Under the pieces are notes generated by a model that was not told the origin of the DNA, searched no databases, and saw nothing but the letters and a program-made list of their open reading frames with translations. Shown here piece by piece: positions 7,587 to 16,938 of a DNA stretch of 26,207 nucleotides. Made by a program: the position numbers and the translations under genes. How positions within the stretch are numbered: position 1 is the stretch's first letter; each line of letters starts with the position of its first letter. Source of the stretch: a virus (taxonomy: Duplodnaviria > Caudoviricetes); IMG/VR virus record IMGVR_UViG_3300036779_000065, positions 1-26,207 of that record. One strand, 5' to 3'.

Positions 7587-8865
7587 CGGCAGTGATGAAA
7601 GCGGCTAACAAATTGTTTACTGCCGCTCCAGTTAAAGTTCCTTGATGCTGAACTCCTTTTGCGGTGCCGTTCAGATTAGCTAACGCAATATCAGCGGCAG
7701 TCGTTATGTCTCGAACCGTGCCAGCAGTATTAGTGTTGGGTGAATAAGGAACAATCGTGGGGACCTTGCACATCCTGCGGGCAAACAGAGAGGACCCGAA
7801 AACAGAGTTAGCGGCATAGGCATAAAGGGTCATAGAGACGCCTGCCGTGACCGATTGGTAGCTGTAGGTCGTGTAATAATAGCGGATTGCATCATGAAGG
7901 TCGGCCTCAAAAGAATTGGCAACGAAGTAGGTGGCACTGGGGCTGGACTCGAGCTTAATCGCACTCAGCTTGATCTGGTTGTTAGTGACAGTCAGCATGT
8001 TGGAGTTAGCTGACGTGCCCGCAAAGAACCCTGTAACCCATTGCTTGGGAGTGGTCGTCTGATACTGGCCTCCTACTCCCATGACCACACCTAAATAAAG
8101 CCCGGTCTGGCCTTCCCCGAAGTTCCATGTGCCCAGGCCAGTCGGCAGCGCCGGAATATTGTTAATCTTGATCCGGGCATAGGTATTAGCTGTTGCAATC
8201 GAAAAAGGGAAAACGTAGCTGGCATCCCGGCCAGTCGAGGTCAGATAAGCCGAATAGTTCCCTGGCTGGTTAACCCAGACACTGAAAGAGAGGCTTAATG
8301 CTTCACCCTGAATTCCAGCAATATCGCTGCCCTCAATCAGGTGCTCGTGCACAAAAAGGTCGGTCGCACCCAAGGTCGGAACCAGGGTGGTGCCAACCGT
8401 GTATTTGATGGCGTTGCCGATAAAATCTGTGTCAACGCTGGCCGCTGGACCCACATCCGGGCTGACCGATAAAACATTGGGCTGAGTAACCCGGCTCAAG
8501 ACCATGTCATAGGTTCTGTTGACTCCGGCAGGCAGCGAATTAAACGCACTTCCCAGCTGCTGAACCTGATAGGTGGCATTCTTTGCGTAATTGCGCGCAG
8601 GCTTCACGCTGGCTGACTGGGGCAGATACTGGCCGGTCACCGGATCCCAGAAATACCATTGGCCGTTCGCGGCAATCGGGCCCTGGTCGCTGGTAGGCAA
8701 AGTCGGCGGGGGCGTTGTCCCAACCGGATAATAAAGGCCGGTCAGAAAGTTCCCGCTGATGTAAATGATCGCGAGCTGGCCGCTCTGCTGGAAAGTCTCA
8801 TCCATGTCCCCTTCGAACCCTTCAGGGAACGGCGCATAAGAGATGTAACCTTGGAAAATGGGCAT
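7570..8865 (-). CDS. Tail fibre/spike-like protein with a beta-rich carbohydrate-binding-like domain
   Basis: PTSDQGP..WYFWD N-terminal anchor; RNYAKNATYQVQQ, LIEG....LSLSFSVWV, IKLE....AT.F....FEADL..AIRYY and RRMCKVPT follow a recurring phage tail-protein pattern; T/G/N/S-rich. Confidence 0.65.
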   Translation of the reverse strand: MPIFQGYISYAPFPEGFEGDMDETFQQSGQLAIIYISGNFLTGLYYPVGTTPPPTLPTSDQGPIAANGQWYFWDPVTGQYLPQSASVKPARNYAKNATYQVQQLGSAFNSLPAGVNRTYDMVLSRVTQPNVLSVSPDVGPAASVDTDFIGNAIKYTVGTTLVPTLGATDLFVHEHLIEGSDIAGIQGEALSLSFSVWVNQPGNYSAYLTSTGRDASYVFPFSIATANTYARIKINNIPALPTGLGTWNFGEGQTGLYLGVVMGVGGQYQTTTPKQWVTGFFAGTSANSNMLTVTNNQIKLSAIKLESSPSATYFVANSFEADLHDAIRYYYTTYSYQSVTAGVSMTLYAYAANSVFGSSLFARRMCKVPTIVPYSPNTNTAGTVRDITTAADIALANLNGTAKGVQHQGTLTGAAVNNLLAAFITADARLA

Positions 8866-8869
8866 GGCG

Positions 8870-9061
8870 CTACCAACGATGGTTAGGTCGAGATAAAATT
8901 AAGAGCTGCGGGCCGAATGGATTTTTGGCGAACTTCAAGTCGCCCTGTAAAGCATCGTAAATCAGTTCCTTGGTCCGCTTCTGGTAGATCGGCGGCATCC
9001 CGGTCTGGGGCACTATCTGAATCTTGCCGCCAATATTAGGAGGACTAGACCGCTGGCTCAT
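8870..9061 (-). CDS. Small hypothetical tail-region protein (63 aa, MSQRSSPPNIGG...)
   Basis: Fills the gap between nozzle and fibre genes. I chose the ATG at 9061 (17-nt overlap with the upstream gene) over the track's 9100 start. Confidence 0.55.
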   Translation of the reverse strand: MSQRSSPPNIGGKIQIVPQTGMPPIYQKRTKELIYDALQGDLKFAKNPFGPQLLILSRPNHRW

Positions 9062-10892
9062 AAGTGGACTCCAAAACGATTTTCGGGGTGGTCGATTCAT
9101 CGACCGGACAGACGCCCTGCGGGCTCTGCAGTTGCCGGTCGTAGAAGAACTTGATCATGCGGATGCCTAGACGCCCTTGCCATTGGATCAAGAGCTGGAA
9201 AGCCTTATCGATCCCGTCTGGGCGATTAATCTCTAAGCAGGCCGCGCCATCACTGGTGTTGCCTTCTTCATTGACTACGAATTCCTTGGTTCGCATGTGC
9301 CGGACTTGTCTCCGGTAGTTCTCAAACTCGGTCGTGCGTCCAGCGTTGACATAGTAAAGGACGGCATTGGCCGGGTTGCCCCAGGGCCCGACATCCGCGC
9401 GCAAGGTCGTTGAAAAAAGCGGCTGATAGTTACCGGCTAGGCCGGTCACATAGACCTGCACCGGGACCACGCCTTTTAAGTTAACCAGCATGAACTCCGC
9501 AAAAACAAACCGGTAATAGTCGTCGGTCGTGAGCGTAAAAGCTTTGGTCTCAAAACTGCAGGCAATGTTCGTCTCAGAATTATCGATCTGGTTAGGAATG
9601 AAGTTTTCCCACAAGTGGATGTTAGCCTGGATGGGCAGATTGCTCTCAGGTTGGGGACTTGGGCTATCGCCTGCGTTCAGGGCCAGAAAGCCAGCCGAAT
9701 AGGACAGCTCATAGTTATGCTGGGTGCCGTTAAAAATGGGACTGGTAAACTGGATTGGAAAAGTCCCTACCCAGATGCCGCTCCAGCAGGTGCCAGCCGT
9801 GTTATTGAGTTTTTCGGCGATCCCTGCGTCCATGATCCAAGTGTGCCGGTTCTGGACGCAGCTGGCCGGGACGGCCACCAGTAAAATGTTCTCCCAGGTG
9901 CCGATAACTGCTAGGCTGACATCGGGTCCAAATAGATCCTTGGAGCGCATCATTTCGCCGTCCACGGTCAGAATCACCGTAGTCAGATTGGTAGTGAGCG
10001 CCCGGTCATAGCTGATGAGACCCCGGTGCGTCATAATCCAGGGCATCCCGTGTAAGAGCCCATAAGCAAAGGGGCCGACTAGCCCCACCTCGAGGTTGAC
10101 ATCCTGCTGGAACCCTTCGGTAGTCTGCCACTTGGTCCGGTCCTGAATAAAGCTCTGGAGCGAGTGAAAAGAGCTTTCGGTGTAGACCTGCACGCCCTGG
10201 ACCGGCGCTGGGTAGAGATTGATGACCTTACGGGGGAAACGAAAGCCGGTCTGGCTGGCCAGATATTCTTCCTCAGTAAAACTGGCCCCGTAAAGCAGAT
10301 CAGAGGCAAAAACTAACTCGCCTTGCGCTAACCATATCCGGTTATCCTGCCAGAGCATGGCCGTCCCAATCGGCATGGGCTTACGCGGGTTCCCCGTGAC
10401 ATAGTTCCCATTAACAATGCCGCTCGAAAAGTCGGATAAGTCCCAGTAGCAGGGCTGGCTTGTCCCATCCTGCATAAAGACGACATTCTTGGGGTTAGGC
10501 AGAACCACGATGTTGTTAGAGTCGTCGTAGTGGAGCGCCTGGACTGAGTTCTGGAAATAGATCCACTCGGCATTAGGATCGAAAGTGACTCCGGCTAACT
10601 GGGTCCAGCCTTCCCCGAAAGGAAGTGCCGACCAGTAGATTTTACCGTCAATCGCCACCATCTCGTAGTTGAGATCATCGATGGTGCGAACCCAGTAATG
10701 GCCGTGGCCGCGTCGGCCACAGAAAGAAACTACCTTGCGTTTACCGGGCCTAGTCTGGACGATGCCACCCCGGTTAACGATGTTAACACCCCAGGCATAG
10801 GTGCCTTGGGTTAGATCAGTGGGATAAAGTAGGGAATCGACCCCGCCCGTGTACTGGCCATCCAAAATGATCTGGAAATTCTGTGCGGCCAT
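9045..10892 (-). CDS. Tail nozzle/head-stabilisation protein (P22 gp10 / T7 gp12 analogue, beta-propeller-like)
   Basis: 615 aa, beta-rich. N-terminal GG.D......N.....G.VQTRPG and W.DNRIW...G..VFASD patterns are typical of podoviral nozzles. Follows the adaptor by 1 nt. Confidence 0.72.
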   Translation of the reverse strand: MAAQNFQIILDGQYTGGVDSLLYPTDLTQGTYAWGVNIVNRGGIVQTRPGKRKVVSFCGRRGHGHYWVRTIDDLNYEMVAIDGKIYWSALPFGEGWTQLAGVTFDPNAEWIYFQNSVQALHYDDSNNIVVLPNPKNVVFMQDGTSQPCYWDLSDFSSGIVNGNYVTGNPRKPMPIGTAMLWQDNRIWLAQGELVFASDLLYGASFTEEEYLASQTGFRFPRKVINLYPAPVQGVQVYTESSFHSLQSFIQDRTKWQTTEGFQQDVNLEVGLVGPFAYGLLHGMPWIMTHRGLISYDRALTTNLTTVILTVDGEMMRSKDLFGPDVSLAVIGTWENILLVAVPASCVQNRHTWIMDAGIAEKLNNTAGTCWSGIWVGTFPIQFTSPIFNGTQHNYELSYSAGFLALNAGDSPSPQPESNLPIQANIHLWENFIPNQIDNSETNIACSFETKAFTLTTDDYYRFVFAEFMLVNLKGVVPVQVYVTGLAGNYQPLFSTTLRADVGPWGNPANAVLYYVNAGRTTEFENYRRQVRHMRTKEFVVNEEGNTSDGAACLEINRPDGIDKAFQLLIQWQGRLGIRMIKFFYDRQLQSPQGVCPVDESTTPKIVLESTYEPAV

Positions 10893-10893
10893 A

Positions 10894-12768
10894 TCATGGC
10901 ATCGTGATCATTGATCCTCCCCAGACAGAAGGATCGAATTGCAGGTCCAGGCCTTCCTGTGGATGGGTGGCACGCCACTCTTGGTTGAGCTGCTGCTTCG
11001 CGGCCATCATCAGCTGCTGGGCGCTCATCGGATCGGTGGTGGCTGTCTGGATGGAGCGCAGCGCATTAAACATGGCGGAGCGGCTGCGCATGTGAATCGG
11101 GTCAGTCAAGCTCGTGATCTTGAGCCACCGTTTCTTGTAACGCAGCCGCACCGTCACGGCTTTCTGGCCGATCCGAATCACCCGGAAACGGGGTTCGCAG
11201 ACTCCGGGCCAGAACGTCCCTAAATTCTGTAAGAGCGTGGTCCCATCGGTCGCATACAACATAATGAAACTCTGGGCGGTTCCCTCGATAATGACCCGGT
11301 CGACCCGCTTGTAGGGATAGGTCTGGTCAGAGATATCGTAGCCGGTTTGCTCACAACTTATCCTGGCTCCTGGGCGACCGTCACTTGCTGACATGATAGG
11401 CAGATCGTTCTGGTCGATCCCGAAGATCCGTATGGCGGTCCCATTGTCGGAGGCACTCACCGGCTGGGCCACGAGATAAGACGGGTTAAACAAAGGAAAG
11501 GCGCATGGGAATTCCCCCACTTCTTCCCAGCCGCCGCAAGGCCGGTTTGAGCCCACTTGGTCGGCGTAGTCGTTGTCCTGGCCTAACCCGTTCATGTGGA
11601 ATTCGAACCACTGGTTTCGGAAGGTGCCGGTCGACTTATTCACATTAATCGCCAGAACTTGATCAACGTAGTAGGGCAGCGTCACATAGAAGGAATCGAA
11701 AGTCTGGATATCCACGTAACCAATCAAAGGGTCCCAGGCTGGGCCTAGGTTTGAGAGCAGCTCAATCGCCTCGGTGATCCGGTCGAAAACTTTCTGCTGG
11801 CCTATGGGGCCGAAGACGTCGCAGGCAAAGTCGTAGATGTCGGCCACAATGATCGCGTCTCGGGTGTTGATCTGGAGATTAAGCGTCGGAGTGGTTTCGG
11901 CCATGTTGGAAACTCTCTGGAACAGGTTCCGGGCTGCTTGGTCCTCGTCCAGAAATCGAAACGCATTCTGCTCTGCGGTTGAGCCATCGTCCCAATTGAG
12001 GGTGTCGTAGGCTTTGATGGCGATACAGGCAGTGATGATGGCTTGGCGGTTAGAGAGGGGGATGACATCGGTTGGCTGGCTGATTACATAGGTCCGGCGG
12101 CGAGCTAAGATCTTGCAGCTCACTCCGGCCTGGGAAAGTTTAATCCATTCAAACTGCGGATAGAGCACCGTGGGACCCCAGTTAGCTACCAGCTTGGATT
12201 GGATGATGTAGGGCCCGCTAAAGAGCTGTAATGTGCCTTGGGTGACCGGCTTAGAGACTTCCTGAATCCCATAGGCTTTGACCGAGGTAGCTTGGCCAAT
12301 AAAGACCGACAGCCACTGGGTGGAGCGGTCCTCATTAATGATGTTAACTAGGACCTCGGCATTGTTGTCATTCGCGTTAGTCGAATTGATGAAAAGATAA
12401 TCGCCGCTGGCTGGCCAGGGTTTCTGCAGGCAGTTCCAGCCTCGGTCTTGCCAACTAAAACCCGACTCCGGGTCCTGACTGCCGGGGCCATTAATCGAGA
12501 ACTCAAAGAATTGGTTCCGGGTAAAGGAGGGCTGCTTATTGATGTTGATCTTGACCGGCTTTTCGACGTGGGGCGGCAGACAGACGTAGTAATTCTGCAC
12601 TATCGGGATATCGACATAGATCAGCATCGGATCCCAGAGAATGTTAGTTTTAGTGGGCTTGTTCGCCAGAAGCTCGACCGCGCGAGTCAAGACATCGTAA
12701 CAATAATCATCGTCACAGGTGCCTAGCACCCGGCCAACCTGATTAAAGACTTGGCTCGCGATAATCAT
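10894..12768 (-). CDS. Putative head-tail adaptor (tail tubular A-like) built from two tandem homologous units
   Basis: Lies between capsid and nozzle. Each half has a helical N-terminus (..TRAVELL / ..TEAIELL), Y..LP and RNQ(F/W)FEF..NG.G. Confidence 0.65.
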   Translation of the reverse strand: MIIASQVFNQVGRVLGTCDDDYCYDVLTRAVELLANKPTKTNILWDPMLIYVDIPIVQNYYVCLPPHVEKPVKININKQPSFTRNQFFEFSINGPGSQDPESGFSWQDRGWNCLQKPWPASGDYLFINSTNANDNNAEVLVNIINEDRSTQWLSVFIGQATSVKAYGIQEVSKPVTQGTLQLFSGPYIIQSKLVANWGPTVLYPQFEWIKLSQAGVSCKILARRRTYVISQPTDVIPLSNRQAIITACIAIKAYDTLNWDDGSTAEQNAFRFLDEDQAARNLFQRVSNMAETTPTLNLQINTRDAIIVADIYDFACDVFGPIGQQKVFDRITEAIELLSNLGPAWDPLIGYVDIQTFDSFYVTLPYYVDQVLAINVNKSTGTFRNQWFEFHMNGLGQDNDYADQVGSNRPCGGWEEVGEFPCAFPLFNPSYLVAQPVSASDNGTAIRIFGIDQNDLPIMSASDGRPGARISCEQTGYDISDQTYPYKRVDRVIIEGTAQSFIMLYATDGTTLLQNLGTFWPGVCEPRFRVIRIGQKAVTVRLRYKKRWLKITSLTDPIHMRSRSAMFNALRSIQTATTDPMSAQQLMMAAKQQLNQEWRATHPQEGLDLQFDPSVWGGSMITMP

Positions 12769-13097
12769 TTGTTTTTGAAGAACTCGCCAAAGCTTTTGCG
12801 GGCGTCATCGCCGTAGCTGCCGTTCTTTTTCTTCTCCTTCTCCGGTGGGGTGATCGACATGACCTCGAGCCGGATTGAACAGGAGTGCTTCTTGTTCTTG
12901 TCCTTTCCTTCCTCTCGATGCGTCCGGCTGGCCACCCGATACTTGATGGTGCACTCACCCTTGTCTGGGATGTCAGCTAACTTCGGATCATCACTATCGA
13001 TATAGATGTCAGGATAGTACGGCTCATCCTTGCTCGTAGGGTTACTAGGCTCGCAGAGATCAGAAGGCCGTTTACCGAGATCGATTGTTTTGCTCAT
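12765..13097 (-). CDS. Small charged protein, possible capsid accessory/decoration protein
   Basis: 110 aa, first gene after the capsid, ATGA overlap with the adaptor. Function inferred from position only. Confidence 0.55.
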   Translation of the reverse strand: MSKTIDLGKRPSDLCEPSNPTSKDEPYYPDIYIDSDDPKLADIPDKGECTIKYRVASRTHREEGKDKNKKHSCSIRLEVMSITPPEKEKKKNGSYGDDARKSFGEFFKNK

Positions 13098-13104
13098 AAA
13101 AATT

Positions 13105-13204
13105 GAGGGGCCGGGAACCGCCGTACTATCATTTAATGAGGTTTCTTGAAGTAACCTAGTGGCGTTTCCTTTCTGTTAAAGACTGGTGACAGCCCCGGCC
13201 CCTC
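13105..13204. other. Predicted multi-stem structured RNA/DNA element
   Basis: Perfect 11-bp inverted repeat GAGGGGCCGGG (13105-13115) / CCCGGCCCCTC (13194-13204) enclosing further complementary segments. Confidence 0.6.
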
Positions 13205-13211
13205 CCGGTGG

Positions 13212-13245
13212 AAAACTAACAGGGCGGCTTTACGCCGCCCTTGTT
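13212..13245 (-). terminator. Rho-independent terminator after the major capsid gene
   Basis: Minus strand AGGGCGGC-GTAAA-GCCGCCCT followed by GTTAGTTTT, starting a few nt after the capsid stop. Confidence 0.8.
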
Positions 13246-13249
13246 CGCA

Positions 13250-14491
13250 TTACATCGCGTAACCGCTAGCAGAGCCAGGATAGCTCGGGCAGGTTAGGAA
13301 GTTGAAGGTCGGGTTGCACCTCTTGTACATGATCGGGATAACAGCGTGAGGCCGCTCCGGGCGATAAGCTCGGATCATCTGATAGATGTGATACCCGTAA
13401 TCCCCGTACGTGTTGCAGTCATTGTCTCTTATGACCGTGAACTCCAACTCGCCTTGTGCGAACTGAGCCGGAAATTTCCAATCACCAACTCCTAAGTATT
13501 GCTCGGGAACTAACCGGCGGAAGGAGTTAGCGAACATCAAGAATCCAACCTCGTATTGGGCATAGAGCCATGCCGGGTTAGTCCGCGCGCCGAAGCCAGT
13601 TGTAACTGGAACCGCAATTTCTGGCTCGATAAACTGTGGGATCAGCTGGCCATTAAGGACGGTAAATTGGTTGAATCTGAGAGGCTGTTGGTCGATGCCA
13701 AATGCAATCCCTCTATAGGGTCCCTCCCAGGTATAACCGGTGATGGACTCGTTGCCCAGCTCGTAGCGGCCTGTGGTCAGGTACTGCAAGTCTTGGTGCA
13801 CATTGAGTTCATCGCGGAAGACGTTCAGCTGCGTCTGGGAGCCAATGAACTTAGCGACGGTGCCTTTCTCTGACTCGAAGCTTTCGCAAAGTAAAGTCTC
13901 GTGAGCGAAAACTAACAAATACTGCAGGAAGCTGAAGGTGAGGTTCGCGTCCGGCGGTGTCGAATCGTTCACAGGAACGTCGATCATCTGGACGTCGCCA
14001 TTGACCATCTGCTCAAACGTGCGGCCCTGGTTAATCTTAACCTTAACGCCGCTATGTAAAAACAGCTGAGAACGCACATCGCAGTTAGCCAGATAGAGTA
14101 ACTGTTTTTGCAGTGAGTCTTGGACTGCCACATAGGAATTCTGGAACGCCGACCGCATTTGCTTTACGCAAACTTTGGGCCCTCTTCCTCTGAGCGTGCC
14201 CAGCCGGGTTACATATTCGGTCGTGCCGACCTGCGCGATCTGACCAAAAGTTCCGCAGGAATCAGTGTCGTTGATGTATTCTGGTAAGACCAGTGACTGA
14301 CCCAGAATCGGTCGCTCAACGACCACGTTTCTTTGTTGATCGGAAATGGCGTTTTCGAAAACGCCGCCATCTAAAGTGTCATTGTACGGCGCGCGCCGCA
14401 TAATGAGAGTCGTGATCTGGCCAACTAATCGGTTGTTGTCACGATTCGCGAAATCCACGGCCTGAACCGGGGTGACGATACAATCGCCCAT
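13250..14491 (-). CDS. Major capsid protein (probable HK97 fold)
   Basis: 413 aa globular ORF downstream of portal/scaffold and upstream of adaptor/nozzle, preceded by the largest intergenic region and followed by a terminator. Call rests mainly on size and context. Confidence 0.75.
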   Translation of the reverse strand: MGDCIVTPVQAVDFANRDNNRLVGQITTLIMRRAPYNDTLDGGVFENAISDQQRNVVVERPILGQSLVLPEYINDTDSCGTFGQIAQVGTTEYVTRLGTLRGRGPKVCVKQMRSAFQNSYVAVQDSLQKQLLYLANCDVRSQLFLHSGVKVKINQGRTFEQMVNGDVQMIDVPVNDSTPPDANLTFSFLQYLLVFAHETLLCESFESEKGTVAKFIGSQTQLNVFRDELNVHQDLQYLTTGRYELGNESITGYTWEGPYRGIAFGIDQQPLRFNQFTVLNGQLIPQFIEPEIAVPVTTGFGARTNPAWLYAQYEVGFLMFANSFRRLVPEQYLGVGDWKFPAQFAQGELEFTVIRDNDCNTYGDYGYHIYQMIRAYRPERPHAVIPIMYKRCNPTFNFLTCPSYPGSASGYAM

Positions 14492-14690
14492 AACGTTATG
14501 ATGTAGAGATGTTGCCCAAAAGGGCAGAATTGGGGTGCGGTTTCCTGGCTCGCCCGCCAGCTTGTTTCCCTTAACGCACCCCGAACAACTCTAGAGGCCC
14601 CGGTGACAGGCCTTGGCAGAGAAAGAGAGCAGTCTCTGCCGAACTGCAGTTTTTGGCTTACTCCTCAACGGGTAGGAGTGCAAGCATTTT
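14492..14690 (-). promoter_or_regulatory. Putative late promoter and highly structured 5' leader of the capsid gene
   Basis: Minus strand TTGCAC-N17-TAAGCC (14683-14655) with a hairpin in the spacer, followed by four more stems before the ATG. Confidence 0.5.
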
Positions 14691-14693
14691 TAC

Positions 14694-15461
14694 CTAGGAC
14701 TTAAGAATTTCTAAGGAATTTTGCTGATTTGCAGACACTTGCACACCGGAAATGAGAGCCTCGGCGGCTTTGCGGCCACTGCAATCTTTAATCCCGTGAA
14801 GCAGCGCCGGTCGCCGCCCATGCTTCGTAATCGTGCTCAATTCCTCCAAGTTGATAGATTGGCGCTGGTAAAGCTGAAAGATCGCATAGGTGTCGCAGGA
14901 TATCGGGATAAGCCGGTCCCTGAACCAGAAATCCCAGCCTTGGGTGCCGCAGCCCACAATGGTAGTTGGGTGCCGTTCGAAAAAGTCGAACCGAAAAATC
15001 GCGTTTCCATTCATGTGCAGGGTCGACTCGTCCCCTTGCTGGTGCCAATGACCCACGGCCTCTTTGCCGAGGGCTTTGGCTCGCTCCCATTCGGCTGAGA
15101 GCTGATCTATCCAGTCACTGGCCATCGGGATACAGTCGGGCTCAAACAGGAGGAAAGCCTCATTCTTGGCAATATCAGCCCGCCGCAGGATCTCCATCTC
15201 GATAAAGGCGCTGGCAGCTAACATGTTGCTTCCTCCCGGCCAGCCCACATCGTGATTACGTGCCGCGCATGCCAGGGCCTTGAACCGGTGATTAGCGAGC
15301 TTCTGGAACTCCTTGGGCACCCAGGTCGGGCAATCCTTGCGGTAGACAAGGAAGAATTCGCCCGCCGGATCCCGCTGTTTCTGGATCTTAACAATCAACT
15401 GGGCCAGCTCAAAGGTCGCATCCAGATCGTAGGGGCAGCATTGTAAAACCAATGAGATCAT
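14694..15461 (-). CDS. Putative glycosyltransferase-like (GT-A / nucleotide-diphospho-sugar transferase) protein
   Basis: GWPGGSN, FLLFEPDCIP (ExD variant of DxD after a hydrophobic strand), HMNGNA and LLHGIK; clustered with two other GT-like genes. Confidence 0.55.
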   Translation of the reverse strand: MISLVLQCCPYDLDATFELAQLIVKIQKQRDPAGEFFLVYRKDCPTWVPKEFQKLANHRFKALACAARNHDVGWPGGSNMLAASAFIEMEILRRADIAKNEAFLLFEPDCIPMASDWIDQLSAEWERAKALGKEAVGHWHQQGDESTLHMNGNAIFRFDFFERHPTTIVGCGTQGWDFWFRDRLIPISCDTYAIFQLYQRQSINLEELSTITKHGRRPALLHGIKDCSGRKAAEALISGVQVSANQQNSLEILKS

Positions 15462-15652
15462 CTGGGGACGGCGACGTGGCCGCTACCTAGAATTCCGATC
15501 AGGACGTAAAGGACATAAATGACGAAAAAGACCACGCATAACACCTGAATGATATGCGCGAACGGGGCCAGGAAGGGGAGCTGGGTACAGACCCACCAGA
15601 CTAGGCCCAGGATAATGGCTGCAATAAGGATGTAGATGAGACTTGCTAACAT
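15458..15652 (-). CDS. Small two-TM membrane protein (resembles the Thivi_2564-type family)
   Basis: 64 aa; two hydrophobic helices joined by QLPFLAPF; overlaps both neighbours. Confidence 0.7.
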   Translation of the reverse strand: MLASLIYILIAAIILGLVWWVCTQLPFLAPFAHIIQVLCVVFFVIYVLYVLIGILGSGHVAVPR

Positions 15653-16938
15653 GGTTCGATGTAGACGACTCCGCGCCGTTGGCCGCAGGCTTCGATGTTG
15701 TGATGGTGCAGAAAGCCGTTGGGATAGATCTGCTCTAGGACCGGTTCAATCAGCTCCATGGTGTAGGGGCCGATATCCCAGGTGTCATAGCCCAAGTCAT
15801 CCCGGTAAGGGTTCTGGAAATCGTGAATCACGATCACCGGAGGTTTCTGACATTGCCGGATGGCCTGCAGCTCTTCTAAGAGCGGGCTGTGAGCGCCCCA
15901 GTGAGCATCCAGATAGAATAGAATCGGTTCCGCGATCCCCGGCAGGAGCTTCGGTAAGAGCTGAGCCGAATCGCCTGCCAGCCGGGTCACATTAGCCATG
16001 TCCTTAGTCGAGTTGTAGAACTCCGGGTTAAGCTCCATCGTGACTACGGGAGCCATCTGGGACATGACTCGAGTCGAATCGCCCCGGCAGGTGCCGGTCT
16101 CTACAATGGTCGAGATCGCATGTTTGCTGACGAGGCTGGCAACTCGGGTTTGGACATAGATATCCCCATTAAAAGGCTCTGGTTGGTGCAGTAAGTTATC
16201 TAATAGGTCCCGCGTCTCTTGAGTCCAATCGCCATAGCTCCAGAAAACTCTGAAAGGCCAGTCCTCATCGGGCGGCTGGTGCACTAAGGTGTAATCATGA
16301 GGTTCGAACTTGGCAGCGTAGAGCCCGAGGGCCTCATAATCGCAGTAGACTTTGGGATGGGTGAGGAAGTTCCGGTAATCGTAGGGTTTATCGGAGTAGA
16401 CGGCATCGTGGAACGGCAACCCGGTCACCTCTTCAACCCGCTCCCGCACCCGCGCGAAAGTCTTGCGCGCAAAGAGAAAGGGAGGGCTCCGCATATAATC
16501 CCGGTCCAGCGGAATTCCCAACGTGCGCTCGGTTGGAGGCCCCCACTGCTTCTTACCTTCAACTAGAGTGTAATCATTAGGGTCTTCATTCCATTCCCGG
16601 TAACGAATAATCGGCTTCATGCCGTCCATGAAGGTTTCGAGCTGAGCGGGGCGCACCAGCATGTGGTCTGAGTCCAGCACCATGATGTAGTCCGCATCAG
16701 AGTAAGTGTCCGCTATCGACTTCTGATACATCGCAAAGGCGTAACCGTCCGGCCAGCGCGCAACGTAATGAAAGGTGGTTGAGGGCAACGCCCAAGTTGA
16801 ACAGATCTCTTCGCAGTCCGGCTCGGCCACGATGTGCACCCTGAAATCGGTTTTCAGGTACTTAAAGAGGAGCTGCGCTGAGTTAACAATCCAGCATAGA
16901 TCCCTTTTATAGGTGACGTAGAAAACGTCGAGCTTCAT
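15646..16938 (-). CDS. Fusion of a GT-A-like glycosyltransferase and a class I SAM-dependent methyltransferase
   Basis: N-half: VFYVTYKRD, QK..AD.Y..ADYIMVLDSD (DxD), DYEALG. C-half: IVETGTCRGDS (SAM motif I), TMELN, GDS, FYLDAH, IVIHD. Confidence 0.75.
   Translation of the reverse strand: MKLDVFYVTYKRDLCWIVNSAQLLFKYLKTDFRVHIVAEPDCEEICSTWALPSTTFHYVARWPDGYAFAMYQKSIADTYSDADYIMVLDSDHMLVRPAQLETFMDGMKPIIRYREWNEDPNDYTLVEGKKQWGPPTERTLGIPLDRDYMRSPPFLFARKTFARVRERVEEVTGLPFHDAVYSDKPYDYRNFLTHPKVYCDYEALGLYAAKFEPHDYTLVHQPPDEDWPFRVFWSYGDWTQETRDLLDNLLHQPEPFNGDIYVQTRVASLVSKHAISTIVETGTCRGDSTRVMSQMAPVVTMELNPEFYNSTKDMANVTRLAGDSAQLLPKLLPGIAEPILFYLDAHWGAHSPLLEELQAIRQCQKPPVIVIHDFQNPYRDDLGYDTWDIGPYTMELIEPVLEQIYPNGFLHHHNIEACGQRRGVVYIEPC

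Noticed and set aside
13160-13169. 10-mer TGGCGTTTCC also present inverted at 24025-24034
   Set aside because: A 10-bp match in opposite orientation is expected by chance in 26 kb.
13385-13405. Capsid GDYGYHI resembles the McrA thioglycine context GFYGYDL
   Set aside because: Only a 7-residue match, and G..GY near the C-terminus is plausible as an ordinary capsid motif. Too weak to name the capsid as the YcaO substrate.
15458-15652. Two-TM protein as a holin
   Set aside because: No endolysin or spanin nearby and no strongly charged C-terminal tail; looks like a generic small membrane protein.
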